In this document: positions 21,538-31,837 of the stretch, piece after piece
Layout: every line of letters begins with the position of its first letter
Numbering within the stretch: position 1 is the stretch's first letter
Origin: an uncultured Endomicrobiia bacterium
GTDB taxonomy: Bacteria; Elusimicrobiota; Endomicrobiia; DTEH01
Assembly: GCA_937928765.1 (NCBI GenBank)
Contig: CALFVX010000015.1
Span: forward strand, 34,410 to 98,409
Direction: 5' to 3'
Length of the DNA stretch: 64,000 nucleotides
Translations under genes and position numbers: made by a program
Notes under the pieces: model-generated
Seen by the model: only the letters and a program-made list of their open reading frames with translations
Told to the model about the DNA's origin: nothing
Databases searched by the model: none

Positions 21538-22707
21538 CTATGATATATTTAAAATATCATTTGTTCTATTTATCGAAAAAATTATACCTAATAAAAACCA
21601 AAATAAAAATGCTGTTTCTCCTCTTAAAACATTATCAACCATACCATGGACAAAAAAATCAATAAAACTTCCAAATATTCCTAAGTTAACAGACAGTATA
21701 AATTTATCTAAAACCATAAATTTATCTTTAAAATATAAAAATATATAAATTATCATTACAGCTAAAAATATAACACCAATAATACCTAAATCATTAAATG
21801 TTGTAAGAAAAATATTATGAGAATGAAAATGCTTAAATTTTTTCTCTGCAAAAATTTTAAATCCATCAACTCCATATCCTGTTATGATACGATAAGACTT
21901 CATTTTATCAAAAGATTCTTTCCAAAGTATATCTCTACCAGAAAATGTTTGGTCTTTAAAAGATAAAATTATTCTTTCTTTCACTGGTTTAATTATTAAA
22001 ACAGATAATATTGCAATAAAAATAATAATCAAAGTCTTACTTTTGAATTTTATTAAACTTATTGTAAAAATACCTAAAAAACATCCTATCCACGCACCTC
22101 GGGTTTTTGTAAAAATTAAAGATAAAACACAAGTAAAAAGTACTATTAAAAAAAATAATTTTTTTTTAGTATTTTTTTCTAACATGAATATACTAAATAT
22201 AAACGGCGTTATCATACCTAATAAACCACCTAAAGAATTATAATATCCCAATGTACCTCTTATTCTATCGTAAGCAACAATAGAAGAGTTTTTGTGTACC
22301 AAATCTATTCCAGTAAAATATTGTAGTAGCCCATATATTGACTGTAAAAATGCTGATATAATAATTATAAAAATTAATTTTTTTTTAAAATTAAAATCTT
22401 CAACATTTATAACATAAAATAACAATGAAATTTCTAAAATTTGTACAATTAATCTAGAAAAACTAATTTTTTTGTCAAGACTAAAAAACAAAGAAGTAAA
22501 AATACTCCAAAATAAAAGAAAAAACAATATTAATATAATTTTTTTATTTTCATCATCTGTATATAAATAAATCTTATTTTTTTTAAACAATATAATAAAT
22601 AAACCAAAAATACCTAAAACTGCAGATATATTTATTCCAGAAATACCCATAAAAGAAAATGCAGCATATATAACTAAAAATATTCTAAGCAATAAATCAC
22701 TTTTCAT
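21538..22707 (-). CDS. O-antigen ligase family protein (WaaL-like)
   Basis: RIRGTLGYYN, TKTRGAW, R..LW, G.G...F, HSHNIFL, many TM helices. Confidence 0.88.
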   Translation of the reverse strand: MKSDLLLRIFLVIYAAFSFMGISGINISAVLGIFGLFIILFKKNKIYLYTDDENKKIILILFFLLFWSIFTSLFFSLDKKISFSRLIVQILEISLLFYVINVEDFNFKKKLIFIIIISAFLQSIYGLLQYFTGIDLVHKNSSIVAYDRIRGTLGYYNSLGGLLGMITPFIFSIFMLEKNTKKKLFFLIVLFTCVLSLIFTKTRGAWIGCFLGIFTISLIKFKSKTLIIIFIAILSVLIIKPVKERIILSFKDQTFSGRDILWKESFDKMKSYRIITGYGVDGFKIFAEKKFKHFHSHNIFLTTFNDLGIIGVIFLAVMIIYIFLYFKDKFMVLDKFILSVNLGIFGSFIDFFVHGMVDNVLRGETAFLFWFLLGIIFSINRTNDILNIS

Positions 22708-22725
22708 AATATTTCTACACTACAG

Positions 22726-23112
22726 TTATCTAGCAAGATTTTTTTCTCTTGGTATCCAATAAAAACCGGCTGATAAAAAATTTGTTAACAAATTTCTAAC
22801 TTTGCTTCTTAAAGTCCTTAATTGTGGATCTTTACATTCATAGTCTCCTTTGAGTTGTTTAATAACTAATTGTGAGTCACCAAAAATTTCCAGTTCAATT
22901 TCTTTTATATTAAAATTATTTTTATTAAAATATTCGATTGTTTTATTTATACCTTCTATCAAACCTTGATATTCTGCTTGAGGAACTGTAATTTCTTGAG
23001 GTAAAATTAAAGTTTCTTCAAATATTCTTTCTTCTTGTTGTGAAAATAAAACATAACTACAACTTGTGCCTTTAGTTGTTTTATTACCATCAAAAAAAAG
23101 TTTGAATTTCAT
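22726..23112 (-). CDS. Minimal ribonuclease HI-like protein (archaeal-type)
   Basis: FDG, QAEYQGLI.G, GDSQLVIKQL.G.Y, WIPREKN. Confidence 0.82.
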   Translation of the reverse strand: MKFKLFFDGNKTTKGTSCSYVLFSQQEERIFEETLILPQEITVPQAEYQGLIEGINKTIEYFNKNNFNIKEIELEIFGDSQLVIKQLKGDYECKDPQLRTLRSKVRNLLTNFLSAGFYWIPREKNLAR

Positions 23113-23117
23113 AAAAA

Positions 23118-23453
23118 TTAATTTTTAGTAATGTTTTTATTATTAGTATCTTTTTTGTTAGTAGCAGCAATTTTATCAATAATAGATTTTAATTTAAACT
23201 TAATTTCTTTTTGTATTTTTTTATCTATGTTGTTTATATCTTTATTAATTATTTTTTTGTATATAAATTCTTTTATAGGGAAAGATTTTATTGATACCAT
23301 TGGTAAAATTAAATAATTTGCCAAATATAAAAATAAAAATCCTATTATTAACCATAGGAAAATTTTAAATACCAAAGATGTAATTTTTATTAAAATCTGC
23401 ACTAAAATAAGAATTAAAATTACTACTATAATAAACCAAAAAAATTTATCCAT
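23118..23453 (-). CDS. Hypothetical membrane protein
   Basis: Two N-terminal hydrophobic segments and a basic tail; fills the operon gap exactly. Confidence 0.65.
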   Translation of the reverse strand: MDKFFWFIIVVILILILVQILIKITSLVFKIFLWLIIGFLFLYLANYLILPMVSIKSFPIKEFIYKKIINKDINNIDKKIQKEIKFKLKSIIDKIAATNKKDTNNKNITKN

Positions 23454-23472
23454 AATAAGTTATCTGTAAAAA

Positions 23473-23706
23473 TCAAACAGTTTCTACAGACTTTACTTCC
23501 GGAATATTTTTTTTCAAATATCCTTCAATACCTAATTTTAAAGTCATTATTGACATTGAACAATGAGCACAACTTCCTTGTAACCTAACTTTCACAACAC
23601 CATCTTCTGTAATCTCAACCAACTCTACATCACCACCATCTCGTTGCAACATCGGCCTTACTTCTTCTATCTTTTGTTTTATTTTTTCTTTTATTTCTTG
23701 TTGCAT
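23473..23706 (-). CDS. NifU/NfuA C-terminal-domain Fe-S carrier protein
   Basis: VRPMLQRDGGDVELV, LQGSCAHC, TLK.GIE; GGGGAG SD upstream. Confidence 0.92.
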   Translation of the reverse strand: MQQEIKEKIKQKIEEVRPMLQRDGGDVELVEITEDGVVKVRLQGSCAHCSMSIMTLKLGIEGYLKKNIPEVKSVETV

Positions 23707-23720
23707 ATTTTAACTCCCCA

Positions 23721-24413
23721 TTACTTAATTGACTTAACTTTTCTTATAAACTCTTTCATTTTACCAAAATCTTTCCTTCGTGGTAATCTTTCAACACCAG
23801 AAGCTACATCTACTGCCCACGGATCTAATTCTTCTATTACTTTTTCTACATTATCTGTATTTAATCCACCAGCTACAAAAAAATTAATACTTAAATTTTC
23901 AGTTTGCATTTTTTCTTTAAACTTTTTTACTACAGACCAACAAAATATCTCTCCTGTGCCACCAGATTCTGTTTCTATATAAGTATCAAATAATATATAA
24001 TCAATGTATTCTTTATATTGAAAAATTTTTTGATATAAATTTTCAGCATATTCTTCTATATTTTTTATTTCAACTTCGGGTTTTATTTTAAAAACTTTTA
24101 TAATTTTAATATTAGAAGTTGATAATTTTAAATTTTTACAATACTCAACTTCCTCATTTCCATGAAGTTGAATATAGTTAATCCCAATTTTATTAACAAC
24201 TTTTAAAATTTCTTCTAAACTTTCATCAACAAAAACGCCTACAAAATAAGTATATGAAGCTAAACTGCTAACTATCTCTTTAGCATTTTTTAAAGAAACT
24301 TTTCTTATAGAATTTTTATATAAATTCAGTCCAATAAAATCGGCTCCTAAACTTGATGCCCAAAAAGCATCTTCTTTGTTTGTAACTCCACAAATTTTAA
24401 CTTTTACTGTCAT
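23721..24413 (-). CDS. trpF: Phosphoribosylanthranilate isomerase
   Basis: VKICGVT, GVFVD, IQLHGNE, GGTG, AGGL, VDVASGVE. Confidence 0.95.
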   Translation of the reverse strand: MTVKVKICGVTNKEDAFWASSLGADFIGLNLYKNSIRKVSLKNAKEIVSSLASYTYFVGVFVDESLEEILKVVNKIGINYIQLHGNEEVEYCKNLKLSTSNIKIIKVFKIKPEVEIKNIEEYAENLYQKIFQYKEYIDYILFDTYIETESGGTGEIFCWSVVKKFKEKMQTENLSINFFVAGGLNTDNVEKVIEELDPWAVDVASGVERLPRRKDFGKMKEFIRKVKSIK

Positions 24414-24418
24414 ATCTC

Positions 24419-25219
24419 TTAAAAAAAATCCTTTACTGAATTCTTTATATCATTTGACATCATAAAATAACTCCCAACTAAAATTGCATCTACACCTAAA
24501 CTTGACAAATATTCAACATCCTTTTTTGACGAAATACCGCTTTCTGAAACTATAACAGTATTTTTAAGACTATATAATAACTTTAATATTTTTTCTGTAT
24601 TTCTTAGATCTACTAAAAAATTTTCTAAATTTCTATTGTTAATACCAATAATCTCTGCTTCTAAAGATGAAATTTTTTTAACATCTTCTTCAGAATAAAC
24701 TTCAAATAAAACTTCTAAAGACAAATTTTTGGATATTTCATAAAATCTTTTCAACTTATCTTTATCTAATATTGAAACTATAATTAAAATAGCATCTGCT
24801 TGGTAATATAAACTTTCATATATTTGATACTCATCTATAACAAAATCCTTTCTTAGAATAGGTAAAGGAATATTCTCTCTTGCATGAATTAAATGATATA
24901 AATCGCCATAAAAAAATTTTTCTTCAGTTAAAACAGATATCGCATCTACTAAATTTGTACTATAATATTGTTTAACTATTTCTTTAACATCATAATTTTG
25001 TCTTATTATACCTTTTTGTGGAGTTGCTTTTTTACACTCTCCTATTAGAGCAACCCTTTCATTTTTTCTTTTAACTGCTTCTTTAAAATTTCTATGTAAA
25101 TAGTTACAATCTTCAATTTTTTTTAAAATTTCTTCTATTGGCAAAACTTTCTTTTTATACTCTACAATTTTATATTTTTCTTCTATTATTTTATCTATTA
25201 CTGAATGTAATTTAATCAT
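24419..25219 (-). CDS. trpC: Indole-3-glycerol phosphate synthase
   Basis: ECKKATP.KG, ISVLTE, LRKDF, GINNRNL, SESGI. Confidence 0.95.
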   Translation of the reverse strand: MIKLHSVIDKIIEEKYKIVEYKKKVLPIEEILKKIEDCNYLHRNFKEAVKRKNERVALIGECKKATPQKGIIRQNYDVKEIVKQYYSTNLVDAISVLTEEKFFYGDLYHLIHARENIPLPILRKDFVIDEYQIYESLYYQADAILIIVSILDKDKLKRFYEISKNLSLEVLFEVYSEEDVKKISSLEAEIIGINNRNLENFLVDLRNTEKILKLLYSLKNTVIVSESGISSKKDVEYLSSLGVDAILVGSYFMMSNDIKNSVKDFF

Positions 25220-26270
25220 TTGTATATTTTTTTAACAATTCAAGTTTTTTTAGTGCATAACCTCTATCTATAGATTCATTTGCAAATTTAATTCCTTCAT
25301 TAACATCATTAACTTTCTCTGAAGCAACTAATGCAAATGCTGAATTCAACAAAACTACATCTTTTTTTGCACCTTTTTCTTTTCCAGAAAGAATATCAAC
25401 TATTATTTGAGCATTTTGTTTTACATCACCACCTTTTAAATCTTCCAACTTTGCCCTACTTATTCCATATTGTTCAGGAACAACTATATATTTCTTAATC
25501 TTACCATATTTAATCTCTGCAATAACTGTCTCTGTTGTAGTAGTTATTTCATCTAGATTATCCCTACCATATACTACAAATCCATGTTTTATATTTAAAT
25601 TTTTTAAAACCTCGGCAATAGGCAAAACTAAATCTTCAGAATATACTCCTAAAACTTGTGCATTAGCATACGCAGGATTTGCTAATGGTCCTATTATGTT
25701 AAAAATTGTCCTTATACCAATTTGTCTTCTTGGACCTATTGCATACTTCATTGCAGTATGCCACACAGGAGCAAATAAAAATACAATCCCTATTTCTGAT
25801 AAACACCTTTCTGCTTGTTCTTTTGTAATATCTAACTTTATACCTAACTGTTCAATAACATCTGCTGAACCACAAATAGAAGAAACAGATCTATTACCAT
25901 GTTTTGCAACAAAAACATCACACCCTGCTACTACAAAAGCTACTGCTGTAGAAATATTAAATGTTTTAGTAGAATCTCCTCCAGTACCACAAGTGTCAAC
26001 TATTGTGTCATAATCAATGTTAATATCGTTAAAAGCAATACTAACAAGCTTTCCTTTTGTCAACTTAATAGAAGTAACAAATTGTCTTAAAACTTTTGCA
26101 GCACCAGTAATCTCTTCAACTGTTTCACCTTTCATCCTTAACGCTGTAAGAAAAGAAGCAATTTGAGCTTCAGTAGCTACACCAGACATAATTTCTGTCA
26201 TAACTTCTATCATTTCTGTATAAGTAAGATTTTCTCTGTTTACAACTTTTTGTATTGCTTCTTTTATCAT
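25212..26270 (-). CDS. trpD: Anthranilate phosphoribosyltransferase
   Basis: [33 protein letters not shown]. Confidence 0.97.
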   Translation of the reverse strand: MIKEAIQKVVNRENLTYTEMIEVMTEIMSGVATEAQIASFLTALRMKGETVEEITGAAKVLRQFVTSIKLTKGKLVSIAFNDINIDYDTIVDTCGTGGDSTKTFNISTAVAFVVAGCDVFVAKHGNRSVSSICGSADVIEQLGIKLDITKEQAERCLSEIGIVFLFAPVWHTAMKYAIGPRRQIGIRTIFNIIGPLANPAYANAQVLGVYSEDLVLPIAEVLKNLNIKHGFVVYGRDNLDEITTTTETVIAEIKYGKIKKYIVVPEQYGISRAKLEDLKGGDVKQNAQIIVDILSGKEKGAKKDVVLLNSAFALVASEKVNDVNEGIKFANESIDRGYALKKLELLKKYTND

Positions 26271-26545
26271 ACTAAAAATCCTTTTTGTAAAAACAATTTT
26301 TGTTAACTTTTTTATTAAAATTTTGTATAAAATAAAAAATTTTAATAAATTCCTTCTTAAGAAAACAAATAACTGCTCTGCACTATTTTATAACATTTTT
26401 ATTTTTCATATCTTTTATTTTTTCAATTTATCTTTAGCACTTAAGTAGCTTCTACAACTTAACCTAAATTTTTCACTTCCTAACTTTCTGACTTTATCTT
26501 CATGACAACTAATAACTTTAATCTCTATTCTAATTGAACAATTAA

Positions 26546-27151
26546 CTACTTTCTTTCCAATTTTAATTTTAAAAAATTAAACAACAAATCTTTGCCTGCT
26601 TCTGTAAGAATTGATTCTGGATGGAACTGTACTCCTTCTACTATAAAGTTCTTATCTTTCATTCTCACACCCATAATTGTGCCATCATTTGTCCAACTTG
26701 TAATTTCTAAATTTTTTGGTAGAGATACCCTTTCTGCAATTAATGAATGATATCTTGTAGCAACAAATGGATTTTTTATATTTTTATAAATTGTTTTTTT
26801 ATCATGAAAAATTTCTGAAATTTTACCATGAACAATCTTTTTTGCACGAACAATTTTTCCACCAAATGCTTCAACTATACACTGATGCCCTAAACATACG
26901 CCTAAAATTGGTGTTGTCGAACAAAAATTTTTTACAACTTCCAAAGAAATCCCTGCTTGTTTTGGTGTAGATGGTCCTGGAGAGATTATTATATATTTTG
27001 GTTTTAATTTCTTTATCATTTTAATATTAATTTTATCATTTCGAAAAACTTTTATAGGAAAATTTAATTCTTTGTTAGCAAGACAAATTTCACCAATATA
27101 TTGTAAAAGATTATAGGTGAACGAATCATAATTATCTATTATAAGTATCAT
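26546..27151 (-). CDS. trpG: Anthranilate synthase component II
   Basis: IDNYDSFTYNL, SPGP, GVCLGHQ, RYHSL, QFHPES. Confidence 0.95.
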   Translation of the reverse strand: MILIIDNYDSFTYNLLQYIGEICLANKELNFPIKVFRNDKINIKMIKKLKPKYIIISPGPSTPKQAGISLEVVKNFCSTTPILGVCLGHQCIVEAFGGKIVRAKKIVHGKISEIFHDKKTIYKNIKNPFVATRYHSLIAERVSLPKNLEITSWTNDGTIMGVRMKDKNFIVEGVQFHPESILTEAGKDLLFNFLKLKLERK

Positions 27152-27196
27152 TTTAAACCACCTTGTATTTAAATCTATTATAAAAATTTTTTATTA

Positions 27197-28714
27197 TTAG
27201 CTTATTTTAAAAATATCTTCTGCTGTATCAACGGCTAGTATTAAAGCTTTTGCTTTATTTATAGTTTCTTCAAACTCTTTTTCTGCAACAGAATCATAAA
27301 CTATTCCTGCTCCTGACTGGATATAAACTTTTTTATTTTTATATACAATAGTTCTTATAGTAATTGCCATATCCATATTACCTGTTATACTAAAATATCC
27401 TACTGCACCTGCGTAAGGACCTCTTGTTTCTCTTTCAAGTTTTGAAATAATCTGCATAGCACGCACTTTTGGTGCACCACATACTGTTCCTGCTGGGAAA
27501 CAAGATTTTAATACATCTACACAATCAAAATTTTTTTTAATTATACCTTTTACTGAAGAAACTATATGCATAACATGAGAAAATTTCTCTATGATTTTAA
27601 ATTGTGGTAAGTTTATGCTATTATATTTTGCAATTTTCCCTATATCATTACGTGCTAAATCTACAAGCATTATATGTTCTGCATTCTCTTTTTCAGAATC
27701 TAATAATTCCTTTTCATAATTTATTTCTTCTTCTTCAGTAAGTCCTCGTGGACGTGTACCAGCTATGGGTCGTGTCTCAACTATATTATCCTCTTTTCTT
27801 ACAAGAATTTCAGGTGAAGAACCAACAAGTATTAAATCATCAAATTTTAAATAAAACATATAAGGTGATGGATTTATTATTCGTAATGTTCTATACACAT
27901 CAAACATTTCTGCAGATGTTTTTTTATATAATCTTCTTGATAAAACAACTTGTATGATTTCTCCGTTATTTATGTATCTTTTTGCTTTTTCTACAATATT
28001 TATAAAATTTTTTTTATCAATATTTGATTCATAATTTTTAATATTTATATTTCTATTTGGAACAAAGAAATTTTTTGTAGACAACAATTTTGTTGTTATT
28101 TTTTTCTCTATTTTATTTATTTCTTTTTCAGCATTTAAATACAATTCTTCAAGGTTAGATTTATCTTCAACCAATGCTAAATATATGATTTTGAGTTTAT
28201 TAAGATAATGGTCAAGTATTAACACTACCTGGTTAAACATTAAATAAATATCGTAGATATCATTAAACTCATCTTTCTTTGGTATTTTAACAGTTTCTTC
28301 TATAAGATGAATATTTTCATAACTAATATATCCAACTAAACCACCAAAAAATCGTGGAAACGATTTTATCTCAAAAAAAGGTGTGTGAAATTGTTTTAAA
28401 ATTTTTTTAATTTCATCAAAAGGTTGTGAATTGTAAGTTTCAATCTTTTGATTTCTTACAACTTTTATTTTATTTTGTTTTGAAGAAAAAAGTAAATATG
28501 GAGAATATGATATAAAAGAATATCTTCCCCACTGGAGATTTGTCTCTGCACTTTCAAGTAAATAAGAAAATTTTTCTTCATTTGCAGTTTTTAAAAACAA
28601 AGATACTGCTGTTTCGGTATCAACTATTATCTCCTTATATATCGGTACAACCAAAATTTTTTTAAGAATAAAATTTTTTTTTACTATGGAAGAAAACTCT
28701 TTAAAACTAATCAT
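27197..28714 (-). CDS. trpE: Anthranilate synthase component I
   Basis: LLES and NPSPYM (Trp-feedback motifs), PIAGTRPRG, EHIMLVDLARND, PAGT..GAPK. Confidence 0.95.
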   Translation of the reverse strand: MISFKEFSSIVKKNFILKKILVVPIYKEIIVDTETAVSLFLKTANEEKFSYLLESAETNLQWGRYSFISYSPYLLFSSKQNKIKVVRNQKIETYNSQPFDEIKKILKQFHTPFFEIKSFPRFFGGLVGYISYENIHLIEETVKIPKKDEFNDIYDIYLMFNQVVLILDHYLNKLKIIYLALVEDKSNLEELYLNAEKEINKIEKKITTKLLSTKNFFVPNRNINIKNYESNIDKKNFINIVEKAKRYINNGEIIQVVLSRRLYKKTSAEMFDVYRTLRIINPSPYMFYLKFDDLILVGSSPEILVRKEDNIVETRPIAGTRPRGLTEEEEINYEKELLDSEKENAEHIMLVDLARNDIGKIAKYNSINLPQFKIIEKFSHVMHIVSSVKGIIKKNFDCVDVLKSCFPAGTVCGAPKVRAMQIISKLERETRGPYAGAVGYFSITGNMDMAITIRTIVYKNKKVYIQSGAGIVYDSVAEKEFEETINKAKALILAVDTAEDIFKIS

Positions 28715-28751
28715 AAGTTAAAAACTTAAGAAAAGTTAGAAAATAATGATT

Positions 28752-29165
28752 TTATTTATAAACTTTTTGTGGGTCAAAAATTTTTTTGTCTACTATTTTA
28801 AAATCAAAATTTTTTGTTATTTTTCTAAAAAAACAACTTTCGTATCCAGTATGGCATGCTGCTTTACCTATTTGGTTAACTTTTATTAATATACAATCAT
28901 TATCACAATCTATATAAATATCTTTAACTTTTTGTATATTTCCTGATTGTTCACCTTTCATCCATAGCTTTTTTCTTGACCTGCTGTAGAAATGCGTTTT
29001 TTTTGTAGACAAAGTTTTTAAAAATGCTTCTTTATTCATATAAGCTAACATCAAAACTTTATCTGTTTTATAATCTTGTATTATTACAGGAACTAATCCT
29101 TGGTCATTAAATTTTATATTTTCTATTATTTTCTCAAATTGTTTATTATCCAACCTCATCTCCAT
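28752..29165 (-). CDS. hisI: Phosphoribosyl-AMP cyclohydrolase
   Basis: SRSR..LW.KGE.SGN, DCD.D, ACHTG..SCF. Confidence 0.95.
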   Translation of the reverse strand: MEMRLDNKQFEKIIENIKFNDQGLVPVIIQDYKTDKVLMLAYMNKEAFLKTLSTKKTHFYSRSRKKLWMKGEQSGNIQKVKDIYIDCDNDCILIKVNQIGKAACHTGYESCFFRKITKNFDFKIVDKKIFDPQKVYK

Positions 29166-29240
29166 ATAAATATTTTTCTAAATTTTTCAAAAACTCTATA
29201 TATTCTTTAAACTATTTTTCAAAATAATCAATCTGTATAT

Positions 29241-29972
29241 TTAAGAAAAAATTTTAACTGCTTCTTCAAACTTTATTGTTTCAGCATATAATGCTTTACC
29301 AATTATTAATCCTTTAACTTTAAAAGATTCCAACAATTTTACTTTTTTAACATCTTCTATTGTAGTAATACCTCCAGAAAGAATTATCTCGAAATTAAAA
29401 TCTTTAATTTCATTAAGAATACTATAAATCTTATCAAAATTAAACCCTTCTAACATACCTTCTTTATCTATGTCAGTCAATATTATCTCTTTTACTCCTA
29501 ATGATTTTACTTTCTCTAAAAACTCTGTAATTTTAATAGGCAGTTCTTCTTTCCAACCTCCTATTGCAATTTTATTTTCTTTAACATCAACTGCAACAAT
29601 TATCTTTTCTTTAAAATTTTTTACAATTTCTTTTGCTTCTTTAGGATTACTTAAAACTATTGTACCAATTATTATTTTATCTATACCTATTTTATCAAGT
29701 TCAGAAACTGTTTTTAAACTCCTCACTCCACCACCAAACTCTATTTTGATACTTAAACTATTCCTTATTTGTTTTATTATCTCCCAATGTTGTACAGCAC
29801 CGCTATATGCTCCATCAAGATCTATAAGATGCAGCCTTTTTGCACCTTTTGATTGCCACAATTTTGCAATAAAAACAGGTTCGTTAGAATAAACAGTTTC
29901 TTTATCTAGCCTACCTTGTGTAAGACTAACACATTTGCCTTGATGTAAGTCTAATGCTGGAATTATTATCAT
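29241..29972 (-). CDS. hisA: ProFAR isomerase
   Basis: IPALDL..G, HLIDLDGA, GGGVR, GW, SGG, GKALY. Confidence 0.92.
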   Translation of the reverse strand: MIIIPALDLHQGKCVSLTQGRLDKETVYSNEPVFIAKLWQSKGAKRLHLIDLDGAYSGAVQHWEIIKQIRNSLSIKIEFGGGVRSLKTVSELDKIGIDKIIIGTIVLSNPKEAKEIVKNFKEKIIVAVDVKENKIAIGGWKEELPIKITEFLEKVKSLGVKEIILTDIDKEGMLEGFNFDKIYSILNEIKDFNFEIILSGGITTIEDVKKVKLLESFKVKGLIIGKALYAETIKFEEAVKIFS

Positions 29973-29975
29973 ATA

Positions 29976-31349
29976 TTATATTTGTTGGTAGATATATTTT
30001 TGAAGAAAATTTGTGCAAACATCACCTTCAATAAACGCCTGTGTTTGAAGAACTTTTTTATGAAATGGTATAGTAGTTTTTATACCATTAATTTTAAACT
30101 CTTCTAATGCACGAAGCATTTTTTTTATTGCTTCTTGTCTTGTAGAGGACACAACAATAAGTTTTGCTATTAAAGAATCATAAAAAGTTGGTATTGTATA
30201 TCCTGCATAAATGTGAGTATCAACCCTTATCCCATTGCCTCCTGGTAAAACTACATTCTCAATTTTTCCAGGTGATGGAAAGAAATCTTTCTGAGGATCT
30301 TCAGCGTTTATTCTACACTCTAATGAATGTCCACAAATAGAAATATCTTCCGAGGTAAATTTTAGCTTATCTCCTGAAGCAATAAGTATTTGTTCTTTTA
30401 TAAGGTCTAAACCTACTTTATTTTTTATCATAGATATAGATTCTGTTACTGGATGTTCAACTTGTATCCTTGTGTTCATTTCCATAAAATAAAAATTACC
30501 TTTTTTATCCATTATAAATTCTACAGTTCCTGCAGAATAATACCCTATCTCTTCTACAAGTTTTACTGCAGCACGCCCTAACTTTTTCCTTAGTTTTTCG
30601 TCAACTACAACACAAGGACTTTCTTCTATCAACTTCTGGTGTCTTCTTTGTACAGAACAATCTCGTTCAGGAAAATACACAACATTGCCTTTTTTATCCG
30701 CTAAGATTTGTACTTCAATATGTTTTGGTTCCTCAATATATTTTTCAATATAAATCTTATCTGAACCAAAAGCTTTTTTAGATTCTTCCATGGCAGTTAA
30801 CAATGCTATCTTCAATGATTCTTCAGAATTCACAATTCTCATACCTTTACCACCACCACCATGCGCTGCTTTTATTATTATTGGAAAACCAATTTTTTTT
30901 ATTTCTTTAATTAATTTTGGATCTTCCGGATTTGATATAGACTCTTCTATCCCTGGAACTATTGGAACACCAGCTTTTTTTGCAATCCTTTTAGCTTCAA
31001 TTTTATCCCCCATTTTTTCAATACTATCTTTTGACGGACCAACAAAAGTTATACCACAAGTCTCACAAACCTCTGCAAAATGTGAATTTTCAGCCAAAAA
31101 TCCATATCCTGGATGAACAGCATCTGCATTTGTGGCTTCACAAGCAGATATTATATTAGGTATTGAAAGATAACTTTCAGTAGCAGAAGCTGGGCCTATA
31201 CAAATTTTTTCATCAGCCAACATAGTATGTAGACAATCTTTGTCTGCTTCAGAATATATAGCCACAGTTTTTATACCTAACTCTTTTGCAGAACGCATGA
31301 TTCTTATTGCAATCTCGCCCCTGTTTGCTACAAGAAGCTTGTTTATCAT
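29976..31349 (-). CDS. accC: Biotin carboxylase
   Basis: ANRGEIA, HPGYGFLAEN, GGGGKGMR, ERDCS.QRRHQK, EMNTRIQVEHPVTE. Confidence 0.97.
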   Translation of the reverse strand: MINKLLVANRGEIAIRIMRSAKELGIKTVAIYSEADKDCLHTMLADEKICIGPASATESYLSIPNIISACEATNADAVHPGYGFLAENSHFAEVCETCGITFVGPSKDSIEKMGDKIEAKRIAKKAGVPIVPGIEESISNPEDPKLIKEIKKIGFPIIIKAAHGGGGKGMRIVNSEESLKIALLTAMEESKKAFGSDKIYIEKYIEEPKHIEVQILADKKGNVVYFPERDCSVQRRHQKLIEESPCVVVDEKLRKKLGRAAVKLVEEIGYYSAGTVEFIMDKKGNFYFMEMNTRIQVEHPVTESISMIKNKVGLDLIKEQILIASGDKLKFTSEDISICGHSLECRINAEDPQKDFFPSPGKIENVVLPGGNGIRVDTHIYAGYTIPTFYDSLIAKLIVVSSTRQEAIKKMLRALEEFKINGIKTTIPFHKKVLQTQAFIEGDVCTNFLQKYIYQQI

Positions 31350-31367
31350 TTTTACCTCTTTTTATTT

Positions 31368-31823
31368 TTAATCATTATTTTTTTCTAAAACTATTAATGG
31401 TTGAGCGTATTCTACATACTGCCCGTCTTCAACCAAAATTTTTTTTACCACACCATCTTCAGGTGAAACAACATCTCTAAATATCCTCATTGTTTCTATT
31501 ATAGCAACTTTTTGTCCTTTTTTTACAGAAGAGTTAAGCATAACGAAAGGTGGATGATCTTTTGATGTTGAAAGCAAAAATTTCCCTACCATAGGAGAAG
31601 TTATTAGCACCTCTTTAGCTGAAATATTATTTTTTTCTTTATCTTCCTGAGTTGAGTTATTTTGTTGTTGAAAAACATCTTTATTTAAATTTTTAAATAA
31701 AAATTCTGTTTCATCTCTTTTTAAACAAATACTTTCACCTTCTTTAGTAGTTATCTCTAACTCTTCAATGTCTGTCTGTGAAAGAAAATCAATATATTCT
31801 TTTAACTCATTTACTTTTATCAT
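31368..31823 (-). CDS. accB: Biotin carboxyl carrier protein homologue (biotinyl-Lys replaced by Arg)
   Basis: SPMVG.F, PFV, GQ.V.IIETMRI, DG..VEY.QPL; directly upstream of accC. Confidence 0.85.
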   Translation of the reverse strand: MIKVNELKEYIDFLSQTDIEELEITTKEGESICLKRDETEFLFKNLNKDVFQQQNNSTQEDKEKNNISAKEVLITSPMVGKFLLSTSKDHPPFVMLNSSVKKGQKVAIIETMRIFRDVVSPEDGVVKKILVEDGQYVEYAQPLIVLEKNND

Positions 31824-31837
31824 AAAATTTTTATTTT

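Noticed and set aside
25677..25704. dif-like TTATGTTAAAA half-site
   Set aside because: Inside trpD coding sequence with no matching XerC half-site.
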